The translations under genes and the position numbers were made by a program. Of a stretch of DNA of 64,000 nt, positions 9,071 through 18,777 are shown one piece after another. Under the pieces are notes generated by a model. The model was not told where the DNA came from. It did no database searches and worked only from the letters and a program-made list of their open reading frames with translations. Every line of letters starts with the position of its first letter. The first letter of the stretch is position 1. The stretch comes from [Eubacterium] saphenum (lineage in GTDB: Bacteria; Bacillota; Clostridia; Peptostreptococcales; Anaerovoracaceae): positions 89 through 64,088 of the forward strand of contig SFHC01000012.1 of assembly GCA_004555725.1 (NCBI GenBank), given 5' to 3'.

Positions 9071-10045
9071 TTACCGCATCTGCGCGTAAATCATACGCTG
9101 GAATTCAGTCATTGCGCGCTTCGGACTCTTGATCTGCACTTTGCCGCCGAATTTAAACACCCATGCATAAAAGGAAGGTCCAAGCTGAGCAGATGCCGTC
9201 ACCTGAAAACGATTTCTGCTGATCGTATGCGTATTCACATTTTCACCGAACTTGGCGATAATGTCATTCATTACAGAGTTTTCACAGAGCAGTTGAACCG
9301 ATGCTGTATCATCATTGAACGGATCAAAAATCCTGTTTCGGTAATCCATAAGATCCAGACCGTCCGGGAGCGAATCGCCGTCTTCATCAAGTACCTCGAC
9401 ACTCTCCAGTCTCTCCGCGCGAAATTCTGCAATCCCCTGAAGTTTCTCCAGCCAGGCAATCAGATGACATCCCGACTCATCGCACCAGAATGCGTATGGA
9501 GTTGCCTTATAGACTTCCCCGTCATGACGCAGAACTTTTTGCTTGTCAGGGGTGTACTCCTGGTAGCGGAACAAGATCTTCTTTCCGCGGTCAATCGCGT
9601 CACTGACTGCCGCATACTCCGCAAGCTCCAGAGATTCATCACGATGCGCATGACGCAGTACTGACGCGTGGCGCATGAGCGCGTCCTTCTGATAGCAGCT
9701 GCCCATCCCGGCGATCTTGGCCGTCAGACGATCCGCCTCCTTATCCGTAAGCAGAGGAGACGACAGAATGACATCTTTCAGAAGTTTCATCTCATCGAAC
9801 GACAAAACGTGCTCTTCAAGGTAATAACGGTTCGGCGAACTCTTCATAAATACAATCTTGAATCCGATATCCATGAGCAGATTCATGTCCGTCTTGATTG
9901 TCTTCCTTTCTGCCGTCATACCAAGAGAATTAATATAATCCAGGATTTCATTGGTTGTGACCGGATGATCCTTATCTGTTTTCTGGTACAGCAGCTTGAG
10001 GATGTACAGAAGTCTCGCTTTCTTGATATTTGTTTTTTCAAGCAT
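9071..10045 (-). CDS. HTH + WYL-domain transcriptional regulator
   Basis: 324 aa. N-terminal HTH_11-like region (ARLLYILKLLYQKTDKDHPVTTNEILDYINSLGMTAERKTIKTDMNLL). Central WYL-type block (ILFRYQEYTP...ATPYAFWCDESGCHLIAW). Confidence 0.7.
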   Translation of the reverse strand: MLEKTNIKKARLLYILKLLYQKTDKDHPVTTNEILDYINSLGMTAERKTIKTDMNLLMDIGFKIVFMKSSPNRYYLEEHVLSFDEMKLLKDVILSSPLLTDKEADRLTAKIAGMGSCYQKDALMRHASVLRHAHRDESLELAEYAAVSDAIDRGKKILFRYQEYTPDKQKVLRHDGEVYKATPYAFWCDESGCHLIAWLEKLQGIAEFRAERLESVEVLDEDGDSLPDGLDLMDYRNRIFDPFNDDTASVQLLCENSVMNDIIAKFGENVNTHTISRNRFQVTASAQLGPSFYAWVFKFGGKVQIKSPKRAMTEFQRMIYAQMR

Positions 10046-10227
10046 CGTGACAACCTTCCTTTTACATTTCTATCTATAAATACACCACTAAATTAATATT
10101 CAGTTTAATACATTTCATATTATACCATTCACTCGTGACTAATGCATCCTTAATTGTGAAAATTTACTGAAATAAATCGCAATTATTTAATTGTATCCAC
10201 GCGAATGGCTGAATCACTGGATTATGA

Positions 10228-10259
10228 AAGATATCAAGCGATAGAGAATAAGATATCAA
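10228..10259. promoter_or_regulatory. direct repeat AAGATATCAA x2, 22 nt apart (candidate operator)
   Basis: Exact 10-nt copies at 10228-10237 and 10250-10259, in the shared intergenic region between the WYL regulator gene and sstT. Confidence 0.25.
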
Positions 10260-10524
10260 TAATCTATAGCATGTTAAAATAACTACTTATCAGACAAACA
10301 TGCAACTAATCACCATTTATATCCGATCATCGCGAATTCGCCTTCCATATTTTTACTTTTGTTGTTTTTGCCTTAAAATCCCTGTCGTATACAGTATTCA
10401 ATACTCAAAATATGGCATTTTGTTTAAAATTATCACGTATTTTCTATTTAAATTCAATAAGAAACGTAGTAGAATAAATATACGTTATAAAGTTATTATT
10501 TTTTGTTTCGTTAGGAGGACCATT

Positions 10525-11835
10525 ATGACAGTTCTAAAAGCAATAGCCCGAAAATATAACGATACGAGTCTGATTATCCGTATCGTTATCGGACTGATTA
10601 TCGGAGCTGCGCTTGGAGTCGCCTTCAAGAATCTCGCGGCCATCTCCATTCTTGGAGATCTGTTCGTCGGAGCGCTGAAAGCGATCGCGCCGGTTCTGGT
10701 ATTTGTCATCGTTATTGCCGCGCTTTGTCAGGGGTCCAGCAAGCTGGACCGCCGTTTCGGCACAGTCATCGTTCTGTACCTGGTTGGTACATCGATGGGC
10801 GGCGTCGTCGCAGTTATCGGAAGTTTCATGTTTCCGCAGACCATCAAGTTTGCCAAGGCTTACCACGCGGACAGTGTAGTGCACGGATTCGGGCAGATCG
10901 TCCATAATCTGCTGATGAATATCGTTGATAATCCTGTCAACGCACTGGTAAACGCAAACTATCTCGGCATTCTGGCATGGGCAGTTATTTTCGGCCTTGC
11001 GCTGAAGCGTTTTGCCGCACCTAATTCGCAGCGTTTCATGAAAGATCTCTCCGACGCCGTTCAGCAGGGCGTACGCTGGGTCATCAATTTTGCACCGTTT
11101 GGAATCATGGGCATCGTTTATACGAACGTTTCCACAAACGGTCTTTCGATCTTCACGACATACGGAAAACTCCTTCTGCTCCTGGTCGGATGCATGCTGA
11201 CAGCGGCGCTGATCGTCAATCCGCTGATCGAGTTCATCGTACTCAGAAGAAATCCTTATCCGCTTCTCTGGAGATGCATCAAAGGATCCGCGATCACTGC
11301 GTTCTTTACCAGAAGTTCTGCAGCAAATATCCCGGTCAACATGGGACTCTGCAAGCGTCTGGGTCTGGATGAAGACATGTATTCCGTCTCCATCCCGCTT
11401 GGATCCACGATTAACATGAATGGCGCATCCGTTACGATTTCCGTTATGACCATGGCCTGCGCACATACACTGGGCATCAACGTCGACCTTCCGTCAGCAA
11501 TTGTCCTCTGCATTCTCTCCGCGTTCGCAGCATGCGGAGCATCCGGAGTTGCAGGCGGCTCTCTGCTTCTGATCCCGATGGCCTGCTCACTGTTCGGCAT
11601 TTCCAATGAAATCGCCATGCAGGTTGTTGCCGTCGGATTCATTGTCGGTGTCGTTCAGGACGCTCTGGAAACTGCTCTGAACTCCTCCGGAGATGTTCTC
11701 TGGACTGCGACAGCAGAGTATCTTTCCTGGAAAAGAAAAGGCAAGAGCCTTCCGACTTTCATGGGCGGAACTACAGTAGTTGAGGAAAGCAATACCAGAA
11801 AGCATAAATACACGCAGAACAGCGATGAAAAATAA
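10525..11835 (+). CDS. sstT: serine/threonine transporter SstT (dicarboxylate/amino acid:cation symporter family)
   Basis: Start moved to ATG 10525 (RBS AGGAGG 6 nt upstream). The product begins MTVLKAIARKYNDTSLIIRIVIGLIIGAALG and contains FFTRSSAANIPVNM. The track start at 10300 lies in AT-rich non-coding DNA. Confidence 0.85.
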   Translation: MTVLKAIARKYNDTSLIIRIVIGLIIGAALGVAFKNLAAISILGDLFVGALKAIAPVLVFVIVIAALCQGSSKLDRRFGTVIVLYLVGTSMGGVVAVIGSFMFPQTIKFAKAYHADSVVHGFGQIVHNLLMNIVDNPVNALVNANYLGILAWAVIFGLALKRFAAPNSQRFMKDLSDAVQQGVRWVINFAPFGIMGIVYTNVSTNGLSIFTTYGKLLLLLVGCMLTAALIVNPLIEFIVLRRNPYPLLWRCIKGSAITAFFTRSSAANIPVNMGLCKRLGLDEDMYSVSIPLGSTINMNGASVTISVMTMACAHTLGINVDLPSAIVLCILSAFAACGASGVAGGSLLLIPMACSLFGISNEIAMQVVAVGFIVGVVQDALETALNSSGDVLWTATAEYLSWKRKGKSLPTFMGGTTVVEESNTRKHKYTQNSDEK

Positions 11836-11880
11836 GCTGTTCCTGTTATTACACGTATAAATCAATACGGATTTCTAAAA

Positions 11881-11932
11881 GCCGCTGCCGCGAACAACAA
11901 TAAGTCATTCGCGGCAGCGGCTCCTGTTTTTC
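11881..11932 (+). terminator. rho-independent terminator of sstT
   Basis: Stem GCCGCTGCCGCGAA / TTCGCGGCAGCGGC, followed by TCCTGTTTTT. Confidence 0.7.
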
Positions 11933-11944
11933 GGCATTAGATAC

Positions 11945-11994
11945 AAAAAAGCTGTCCGCATGACCTGCCTGAGGTCACAAAATTGCGGACAGCT
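11945..11994 (-). terminator. rho-independent terminator of the 12056-12451 gene
   Basis: Stem AGCTGTCCGCA / TGCGGACAGCT, followed on the minus strand by TTTTTT. Confidence 0.6.
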
Positions 11995-12055
11995 CTTCTA
12001 TTTCTCTTTTTCATGGAAAGGAATCTTAAACTCTCTTCAGTGCGTATCGATCTTG

Positions 12056-12451
12056 CTAGTCTTCTTTTGTCCCGGACAGCAGCGCCAGAATCTTATACGC
12101 AGTAAATGTCAGTGCCATGTATACCACATATGGAAGAGATGCCGACAGGATTGAATTCAGCGCCTGTCCCAAAATGCTGGATACACTCACTCCATAGCTT
12201 GATGCATAATTTCTGATATACAGGATATTGTAAATTAGTGTATAAACGAACATACCTGCAAGAACGCCGGTCAAAACCATAAGACAGATCTGCAGCCATT
12301 TTGTAGATCCTTTTTTCCTTTTCTTCTTACCCTGTTTGTTTTCAGCATTCTCCTGTGCGGCAGATTCAGGCGCTGCTGCCGTCTCTTCTGCAGTAATAAC
12401 AGTTTCTTCTGTGTTGTTCAGAGTTTCCTTTTCCATGGTTCCCCCATTCAT
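12056..12451 (-). CDS. hypothetical small membrane protein
   Basis: 131 aa. Acidic/Lys-rich N-terminus followed by two predicted TM helices. No recognisable family. The start may be the internal MEKETL. Confidence 0.5.
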   Translation of the reverse strand: MNGGTMEKETLNNTEETVITAEETAAAPESAAQENAENKQGKKKRKKGSTKWLQICLMVLTGVLAGMFVYTLIYNILYIRNYASSYGVSVSSILGQALNSILSASLPYVVYMALTFTAYKILALLSGTKED

Positions 12452-12475
12452 ATGAATTCGGCGATAACAAATCTG

Positions 12476-12823
12476 TTACTGAAAATACGGCGCGATCTTC
12501 TCTCGGATCGTACCGAGGATCCCGTTCAGATCGTCTTCCGCACATTCCCAGTCACTCATCAGCAGTCCCGCAACGCTTCTGTACAGCTGGTCACGGTAAT
12601 GCTCCACAGCTTCATCCAGAGTCGCGTGTTCTTTAAGCAGCGGCGAAACGTCGTACTTACTGTAATCCAGCGTCAATGTGAAGCGCCTGCGCGGCGCTCC
12701 GTCAGGACCGTCTGGAAAATCCATGACATCAACCGTGAGTTCCTGATTGAAGTCACGGCTGACTGTAAGTTTTACTTTTTTCTTCATTTTCAGCGCCTTC
12801 TTTCCTGAGTTTTCTTCTATCAT
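12476..12823 (-). CDS. hypothetical protein
   Basis: 115 aa ORF co-directional with its neighbours. No recognisable motif. The start is ambiguous between MIEEN and MKKKVK. Confidence 0.45.
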   Translation of the reverse strand: MIEENSGKKALKMKKKVKLTVSRDFNQELTVDVMDFPDGPDGAPRRRFTLTLDYSKYDVSPLLKEHATLDEAVEHYRDQLYRSVAGLLMSDWECAEDDLNGILGTIREKIAPYFQ

Positions 12824-12895
12824 ACCCGTATGTTCCGGCTGCTGTCAATTCATGATGCCCGTCCGCTGTCCGATCTGATGAGAACGGCAGACCGT

Positions 12896-14197
12896 TTATT
12901 CACTCTCCAGTTCCTCGGTCAGTCCCGCAAGAGTCTTGGTATCCGTGAACCGCTGACCGGATGTGGCCGATCCCATGACCACGCTGACATAGGTCTGTCC
13001 GTTGCATGTATATGCCCCGCAGAAGGAATATCCGCCCAGTGTAGTGGTTCCGGTCTTCAGTCCCTGGAAAGTTCCGGTTCCAAGCAGAGCATTCGAAGAG
13101 TAAAGGGAGTATTTTCTGCCCTTTCCAGAGTAGATGACTTTGGACTTGGTCAGGAGTACCTTCCGGATATCGCTCATTTTCGGCGATGTCATAATGTAAC
13201 TACCGACCAGCGCCTGATCCCTTGCGGTAGAATAATTTCCCGTGGTATCCAGGCCATGTGCGTTCTTATATACGGTTCTGGTGCAGCCAAGCTGCGCGGC
13301 TCTGGCATTCATCAGTGACGCAAAACGCGCTGTGCTTCCGCCGACTGCGATTCCAGACGCGCATGCCGCGTCATTAGCGGATGGCAGGAACATCGCATAG
13401 AGCAGATTCTGCACCGTCATCGTATCTCCGGATTTCAGTCCGATTCCCCACGGCGTCCGGGCTGCCTCGGAGGTTATCTTCACTTTATGTCCAAGAGAAT
13501 ACTTTTCACGAAGCAGAATTCCGGTCATCATCTTGGTCATGCTGGACGGTTTTCTTGTTGTATCTGCATTCTTCTGGTAAACCAGTTCGTGCGTGTCCGC
13601 GTTCATCACGACTGCTGTTTTGGCCGTCACCGGATTAAAGGTAGTCGTCATTTTCTTGGATACTTTGCTTGCTCCGACGGACTGCACGGCATCTTTCGAG
13701 GCATATCTCGGCGTCAGTGTGCCCGAGAATGACGCTCCGCTGCCGCTCACCTTGTTGATGACGATCTTATACTTGGTCATGCTTCTTGTTTTCCAGTAAT
13801 CGCTGAACACCAGCTTCACCTTGGATTCATATGTGTCTCCAGTCGTAACGGAACTCTCCTTCACCCATTTTTTTGCATCCTGATCATAATGATAGACACT
13901 GACAACTCTTCCGTATGCCGGGGCAACTTTGATCGTATCAGTCATCGTCTTCGTGTAGTCTTTGCGATTGTGTGAGGTCACGTATCCGGTCACGGTCGTC
14001 TGTGCAGGCGAAACCTCTGAGTCTGAAGACGCTGCCGCCTGCGCGTCATCTGCAAATACTCCTGCAGGAGCTGCCAGAGACGATGCGACGGCGAGCGCAA
14101 GCGCTATCGCGGCGGCCTTTCTGAGTCCGCGTCTGTGCTGCTGCCTTTCTGCTCTCTCATCGCCTGCATGCTTTAACGTTCTCATATTCCGGTTCAT
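12896..14197 (-). CDS. D-alanyl-D-alanine carboxypeptidase (S11, PBP5-like) with N-terminal extension
   Basis: Start moved to ATG 14197 (RBS AAAGGAG). SxxK = SMTK, SxN = SAND, KTG = KTGTT. Signal/anchor sequence AAAIALALAVASSLAAPAGVFA. Confidence 0.85.
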   Translation of the reverse strand: MNRNMRTLKHAGDERAERQQHRRGLRKAAAIALALAVASSLAAPAGVFADDAQAAASSDSEVSPAQTTVTGYVTSHNRKDYTKTMTDTIKVAPAYGRVVSVYHYDQDAKKWVKESSVTTGDTYESKVKLVFSDYWKTRSMTKYKIVINKVSGSGASFSGTLTPRYASKDAVQSVGASKVSKKMTTTFNPVTAKTAVVMNADTHELVYQKNADTTRKPSSMTKMMTGILLREKYSLGHKVKITSEAARTPWGIGLKSGDTMTVQNLLYAMFLPSANDAACASGIAVGGSTARFASLMNARAAQLGCTRTVYKNAHGLDTTGNYSTARDQALVGSYIMTSPKMSDIRKVLLTKSKVIYSGKGRKYSLYSSNALLGTGTFQGLKTGTTTLGGYSFCGAYTCNGQTYVSVVMGSATSGQRFTDTKTLAGLTEELESE

Positions 14198-14269
14198 TCT
14201 GCCGATTCTCCTTTCCAGATCACACGGAGACATAGAATTCACTCTCCCTGCTTCCCTGCATCGCTTACG

Positions 14270-14309
14270 ATAAAACAGCGGGCAGAATAAAAACTTCTAT
14301 TCTGCCCGC
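14270..14309 (-). terminator. rho-independent terminator of ilvA
   Basis: Stem GCGGGCAGAATA / TATTCTGCCCGC, then TGTTTTAT on the minus strand. Confidence 0.55.
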
Positions 14310-14394
14310 GGACTTTTATCCATATTCTAGTCTATTTCTTAAGAAAATGCAAATTATCTCTTAATAATTATTAAGAATCTGCAATGTGTATGTG

Positions 14395-15606
14395 TTACAG
14401 ACGCGCACCAATCTCATTCAGCGAGAAACCTGCATCGGTCAGTGCATTCATAATTTCCTTCTTATGCTCTGCGTCAAACGATTCAAATGTCACGCCGACT
14501 TCGACAGCCTGCGCGCGGTTGGTGCTGACCCAGCGGTTGTGGTCGATGCGGATGATGTTTGCCTTATGCTCTGCCGCAATCGAGGTCATCTTTGCCAGCT
14601 GACCCGGCTTGTCCGGAACACGGACGGAAACCGTAAATACACGGCCTCTCTGGATGAGTCCGTTCTGAATCATCGACCCCATTGTGGTGACATCCATATT
14701 CCCTCCGCTGAGGATGCAGACAACCTTTTTCCCTTTCAGATCCATCTGTTTCAGCGCAGAGACACTCAGCAGTCCTGAGTTCTCAACGACAAGCTTATGA
14801 TTCTCTACCATATCAATGAAAGAACCGACGAGATCCTCATCGTCTACACACAGAACTCTGTCGATATTATCTCTGGCATATGGGAATACATTCTCGCCCA
14901 CTTTCTTCACTGCCGTACCGTCCGCAATCGTCGTCGCACTTGCCAGTTCAACCGGATGACCTGCTTCCAGCGCAGCTGTCATGCTTGCCGCTTTTCTCGG
15001 CTCTACACCGATGACTTCGATTTCCGGTTTCAGCATCTTGGCGCAGACCGCGACACCCGTGGACAGACCGCCGCCTCCGATTGGAGCCAGAATCATATCC
15101 GCATCCGGGAGCTCATCCAGAATTTCAACAGCAATCGATCCCTGACCGGTGGATACATCAAAATCATCAAACGGATGAACCATTGTCAGACCCTGCTCTT
15201 CGGCGAGCTTCTGTGCATACGCATACGCGTCGTCATAAACATCTCCGTAGAGTACAACTTCAGCACCGTAAGCCTTGGTTCTCTTGACCTTAATGAGCGG
15301 AGTGCCGACAGGCATTACGATAACCGCACGGCATCCGAACTTCTGTGCCGCATATGCAACACCCTGCGCGTGATTTCCCGCAGAAGCCGTAACCAGTCCC
15401 TTGGCTCTGTCCTCTTCACTCATCTTGCTGATCTTATAATAAGATCCACGCACCTTATACGCACCTGTGCGCTGCAGATTCTCCGGCTTCAGATACACAT
15501 CCGCACCCGTCATTCTGCTGTAAAATTCACTGTGGATCAGATTTGTCGGGATTGTGACTTCCTTGACAACTCTGGCAGCTTCCAGAAAATTTTCCTTTGT
15601 ATACAT
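14395..15606 (-). CDS. ilvA: threonine ammonia-lyase (threonine dehydratase)
   Basis: 403 aa. PLP-lysine context QRTGAYKVRG, glycine loop APIGGGGLSTG, C-terminal ACT-like regulatory domain. Confidence 0.9.
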   Translation of the reverse strand: MYTKENFLEAARVVKEVTIPTNLIHSEFYSRMTGADVYLKPENLQRTGAYKVRGSYYKISKMSEEDRAKGLVTASAGNHAQGVAYAAQKFGCRAVIVMPVGTPLIKVKRTKAYGAEVVLYGDVYDDAYAYAQKLAEEQGLTMVHPFDDFDVSTGQGSIAVEILDELPDADMILAPIGGGGLSTGVAVCAKMLKPEIEVIGVEPRKAASMTAALEAGHPVELASATTIADGTAVKKVGENVFPYARDNIDRVLCVDDEDLVGSFIDMVENHKLVVENSGLLSVSALKQMDLKGKKVVCILSGGNMDVTTMGSMIQNGLIQRGRVFTVSVRVPDKPGQLAKMTSIAAEHKANIIRIDHNRWVSTNRAQAVEVGVTFESFDAEHKKEIMNALTDAGFSLNEIGARL

Positions 15607-15881
15607 CTTGTTGCCTCCATTAAATCAATCGTAATCCGTTATCTTTTGTGATTATAACACAAACAACTTGCATTGAAGAACCGGCTTTCGTATTTTTTTA
15701 GATAATCGGCGGAGTATTTTAATTCTTTGTTCATTAGACAAAAATTACCGAGCAAGAATATGTACATATATCCAAACACAAAAGGCCACGCCTTCAGTCA
15801 GCTTCCCAAATTCGTTTTTTCTTTCCGTGACGTAATAAAAACATCGCAAAAACGCTGTCCCGCCGCATCCGCGGCCAAGAA

Positions 15882-16556
15882 TCACGGAAGCATTCTCACC
15901 AGCTCCGGAAGATCTTTTACAATTGCCTGAACGCCATTTTCTTTCAGCTCCCGGTCTGTTCCGAACCCGTATTCCACCCCGATGCAGTCAATGCCGCTCT
16001 CCTTTGCTCCTGCAGCATCAAACATCGTGTCTCCGATCAATACCGTATCCTCTTTCCTAAACTCCGGACGCGCGTGACCGTGATATGCTCCTGCCCGGCA
16101 GAACGCTTCCTGCAGAACTTCTGATTTCGTGTCAATTCTGCCATCAAGACTTGCCCCGACAATCTCATCAAAACAGTCCTCCACCTTGAGATTGTGCAGG
16201 ATCTTTCTGCACATCACTTCCGGTTTAGAGGAAGAAAGAAACTGCACTTTACCCTTTGTCTGATAATACTGCAGCGTCTCCTTCACATGCGGAAACAGTT
16301 CACACTCAAACAGCCCGACCTTATTATACCGCTCGCGGTAGTACTCCACGCCCTGATCGGCCTGCATCTCGCTCAAACCTGCAAATTTCTGAAAAGACTC
16401 CCGAAGCGGAGGCCCGATGTATCGGCGCAGAGTTTCCGGATCCTGCTCATCGATTCCGAACTTCTGAAGGGCGTACTGCACACTGCGCGTCACCCCGTTA
16501 TAGCTGTTGATGATCGTTCCATCTAAATCCCAGAATATATATGTATAATCTCTCAT
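15882..16556 (-). CDS. HAD family hydrolase (phosphoglycolate phosphatase-like)
   Basis: 224 aa. Motif I FWDLDGTIINS and motif IV GDTMFD. Confidence 0.8.
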   Translation of the reverse strand: MRDYTYIFWDLDGTIINSYNGVTRSVQYALQKFGIDEQDPETLRRYIGPPLRESFQKFAGLSEMQADQGVEYYRERYNKVGLFECELFPHVKETLQYYQTKGKVQFLSSSKPEVMCRKILHNLKVEDCFDEIVGASLDGRIDTKSEVLQEAFCRAGAYHGHARPEFRKEDTVLIGDTMFDAAGAKESGIDCIGVEYGFGTDRELKENGVQAIVKDLPELVRMLP

Positions 16557-16757
16557 TGTCCATCCTTATCTATCTGAAAAAATACATCGGTCAGGTAATT
16601 TACAGTATATCATAACTGTATACAAGTTTTCTTCTGCAGAATGTAAAATCGGGCCTGATTTTAGCGCTGCGGACGAACAGAGCCTCAGGCTGCATGTCTG
16701 AGCCGGACAGATTTTCATGCGGAAATGTCCCGGACCGAGCTTTCCTCTACAGAACGA

Positions 16758-16786
16758 TTGCCCGCCGGCATATTATTGGCTATAAT
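16758..16786 (+). promoter_or_regulatory. sigma-70 type promoter of xpt
   Basis: -35 TTGCCC (16758-16763), 17-nt spacer, -10 TATAAT (16781-16786). Located about 47 nt upstream of the xpt ATG. Confidence 0.5.
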
Positions 16787-16832
16787 ATTGTATTGAATAA
16801 CTTGCTTGCAAAACAGGACACGGGAGGATCCA

Positions 16833-17417
16833 ATGAATTTTCTTGAAGAACGAATTTTAAAAGACGGCCATGTGCGTCCGGGAAATATCCTGAAGGTCGA
16901 CTCTTTTCTGAATCACCAGATCGATGTTTCTGTTCTCGATCAGATCGGAGAGGCATTCTATAAAAAATACGGCAGCTGCGGAATTACGCGCATTCTGACC
17001 ATTGAATCGTCCGGAATCGCGATCGCCGCTCTCACTGCAAGCTATTTCAAGGTTCCGTTCGTTTTCGCCAAAAAGGCAAAGAGCAAGAATATTGACGGGG
17101 ATGTGTTCACCTCCCGCGTACATTCTTATACGTACGATAAGGATTATGACATCACCTTATCAAAGAAATATCTCGGGCCTTCCGACAAGGTTCTGATCAT
17201 CGATGATTTTATGGCTACCGGAAAAGCAATGCACGGTCTGCTGGACATCTGCAGCCAGGCAGGCGCTGAAGTTGCCGGAATCGGAATTGCGATTGAGAAG
17301 GGCTTTCAGAAAGGCGGAGATGAACTGAGAAAGCAGGGATATGAAGTCACCAGCCTGGCGATCGTCGATAGCATGGAGGACTGTAAACTCGTTTTCCGCG
17401 ATCAGGAAGAACTCTAA
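16833..17417 (+). CDS. xpt: xanthine phosphoribosyltransferase
   Basis: Start moved to ATG 16833 (RBS GGGAGGA). LKVDSFLNHQID, TIESSGIA and the PRPP motif VLIIDDFMATG closely parallel Bacillus Xpt. Confidence 0.9.
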   Translation: MNFLEERILKDGHVRPGNILKVDSFLNHQIDVSVLDQIGEAFYKKYGSCGITRILTIESSGIAIAALTASYFKVPFVFAKKAKSKNIDGDVFTSRVHSYTYDKDYDITLSKKYLGPSDKVLIIDDFMATGKAMHGLLDICSQAGAEVAGIGIAIEKGFQKGGDELRKQGYEVTSLAIVDSMEDCKLVFRDQEEL

Positions 17418-17426
17418 AAAAACAAG

Positions 17427-17530
17427 GCAGAACCGTGCCGGGAATACGGTCTGTTTCTGCACAGAAACGCCGGGGCCGCCGCATCAGATGATTTCAGATC
17501 ATTTACGCGGCAGCCCCGTTTTTATCTTTT
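17427..17530. terminator. two hairpins between convergent xpt and fabZ (bidirectional terminators)
   Basis: Hairpin 1 is CAGAACCGT...ACGGTCTG with an A-run and T-run on either side. Hairpin 2 is GGGGCCGCCGC...GCGGCAGCCCC followed by GTTTTTATCTTTT. Confidence 0.6.
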
Positions 17531-17576
17531 CTCTCATTCTAATTTCGTATTCTGCTTCTCTCAGCAGGATCCGTTA

Positions 17577-18023
17577 TTATCCCTCCGGCTGCTCTGCATC
17601 AGAGATCGCAAAGGAGATTTCTGCGTCGACAGCGATTTCTCCGTCAACCTTCGCGACTGCTTTTCCAAAACCGACCGGACCTTTCTTTCCGGTAATTTCA
17701 CAGGACATTTCCAGCACATCGCCCGGTACAACGACCCTTCTGAACCGGCACTTCTTTACACCTCCAAATACGACAATCTTTCCCTGATACTCCGGCAGGG
17801 ACAGAATCGCGCACGCGCCGGTCTGCGCCAGCGCTTCCAGAATCAGCACACCCGGCATCACCGATTTCTGCGGAAAATGACCGAGAAACTGCATTTCATT
17901 TGCGGATACGCATTTGATTCCGCGCGCATATTCACCCGGCTCCATATCCACAATCCGGTCAACCAGAAGAAATGGATAACGGTGCGGAAGAATACTTCTG
18001 ATTTCATCATTATTCAGCTGCAT
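17577..18023 (-). CDS. fabZ: 3-hydroxyacyl-ACP dehydratase
   Basis: 148 aa. LPHRYPFLLVDRI and GHFPQKSVMPGVLILEA. Confidence 0.9.
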   Translation of the reverse strand: MQLNNDEIRSILPHRYPFLLVDRIVDMEPGEYARGIKCVSANEMQFLGHFPQKSVMPGVLILEALAQTGACAILSLPEYQGKIVVFGGVKKCRFRRVVVPGDVLEMSCEITGKKGPVGFGKAVAKVDGEIAVDAEISFAISDAEQPEG

Positions 18024-18035
18024 ACTGCTTCCTCC

Positions 18036-18776
18036 TTAAATATACATCCCGCCGCTGACGTTCAGGACCTGCCCGGTAATATACGCACTTTCCTCTTTTG
18101 CCAGGAAAGAAACCGCATTCGCAATATCTTCCGGAGCTCCCATCCGCTTCATCGGAATCGACGCGATCATCTGCTCACGGACTTTTTCCGGAAGCGCCCG
18201 CGTCATATCCGTATCCACTGCGCCCGGAGCGACCGCATTCACCGTGATATTTCTGGACGCTAGCTCCCTCGCCAGTGTACGTGTCATGCCGATGATCCCT
18301 GCCTTGCTCGCCGTATAATTGATCTGCCCCGGATTTCCGGTCAGAGCAGAAATTGATGAGATGCTGATGATCCTTCCGTAATGCGCTCTCATCATCGGAC
18401 GGCTGACGGCTTTCATCATCAGAAAGCAGCCCTTCAGATTGGTATCGATCACGCTCTGAAAGTCCTGAAGATCCATGCGCATCATCAGATTGTCTCTGGT
18501 AATTCCGGCATTATTAACCAGAATGTCGATTCGACCCAGTTTCTCCATGCAGTAATCTGCAAGCTGCGTACAGTCCTCCTGCTGCGCAACATCAGCCCGG
18601 AACGCATATGCTTCCGCACCAAGCACCCGGCATGCTTCTGCTGTCTCTTCTGCAGACTCTCTGCTTCCCGCGTAATTGATGATGACATTCGCTCCGTCCG
18701 CTGCAAGCTGAAGCGCGATGGCTCTTCCGATGCCTTTTCCTCCGCCAGTAATAATGGCTGCTCGACGTTCACTCAT
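18036..18776 (-). CDS. fabG: 3-oxoacyl-ACP reductase
   Basis: Start moved to ATG 18776 (MSERRAAIITGGGKGIGRAIA), adjacent to the fabD stop. SDR catalytic YTASKAG. Confidence 0.9.
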   Translation of the reverse strand: MSERRAAIITGGGKGIGRAIALQLAADGANVIINYAGSRESAEETAEACRVLGAEAYAFRADVAQQEDCTQLADYCMEKLGRIDILVNNAGITRDNLMMRMDLQDFQSVIDTNLKGCFLMMKAVSRPMMRAHYGRIISISSISALTGNPGQINYTASKAGIIGMTRTLARELASRNITVNAVAPGAVDTDMTRALPEKVREQMIASIPMKRMGAPEDIANAVSFLAKEESAYITGQVLNVSGGMYI

Positions 18777-18777
18777 G

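Noticed and set aside
10300-10524. N-terminal 75 codons of the track ORF 10300..11835
   Set aside because: The stretch is AT-rich and low-complexity (IYIRSSRIRLPYFYFCCFCLK...) with no RBS. The true sstT start at 10525 has an AGGAGG RBS.
10046-10524. T-box or other leader RNA upstream of sstT (and similarly upstream of ilvA, 15607-15730)
   Set aside because: There is no specifier-loop/T-box sequence (AGAGA...GGTGGTACCGCG-like) and no terminator/antiterminator pair.
16557-16832. Purine riboswitch upstream of xpt
   Set aside because: The promoter-to-ATG leader is only about 45 nt, and the conserved guanine-aptamer blocks are absent.
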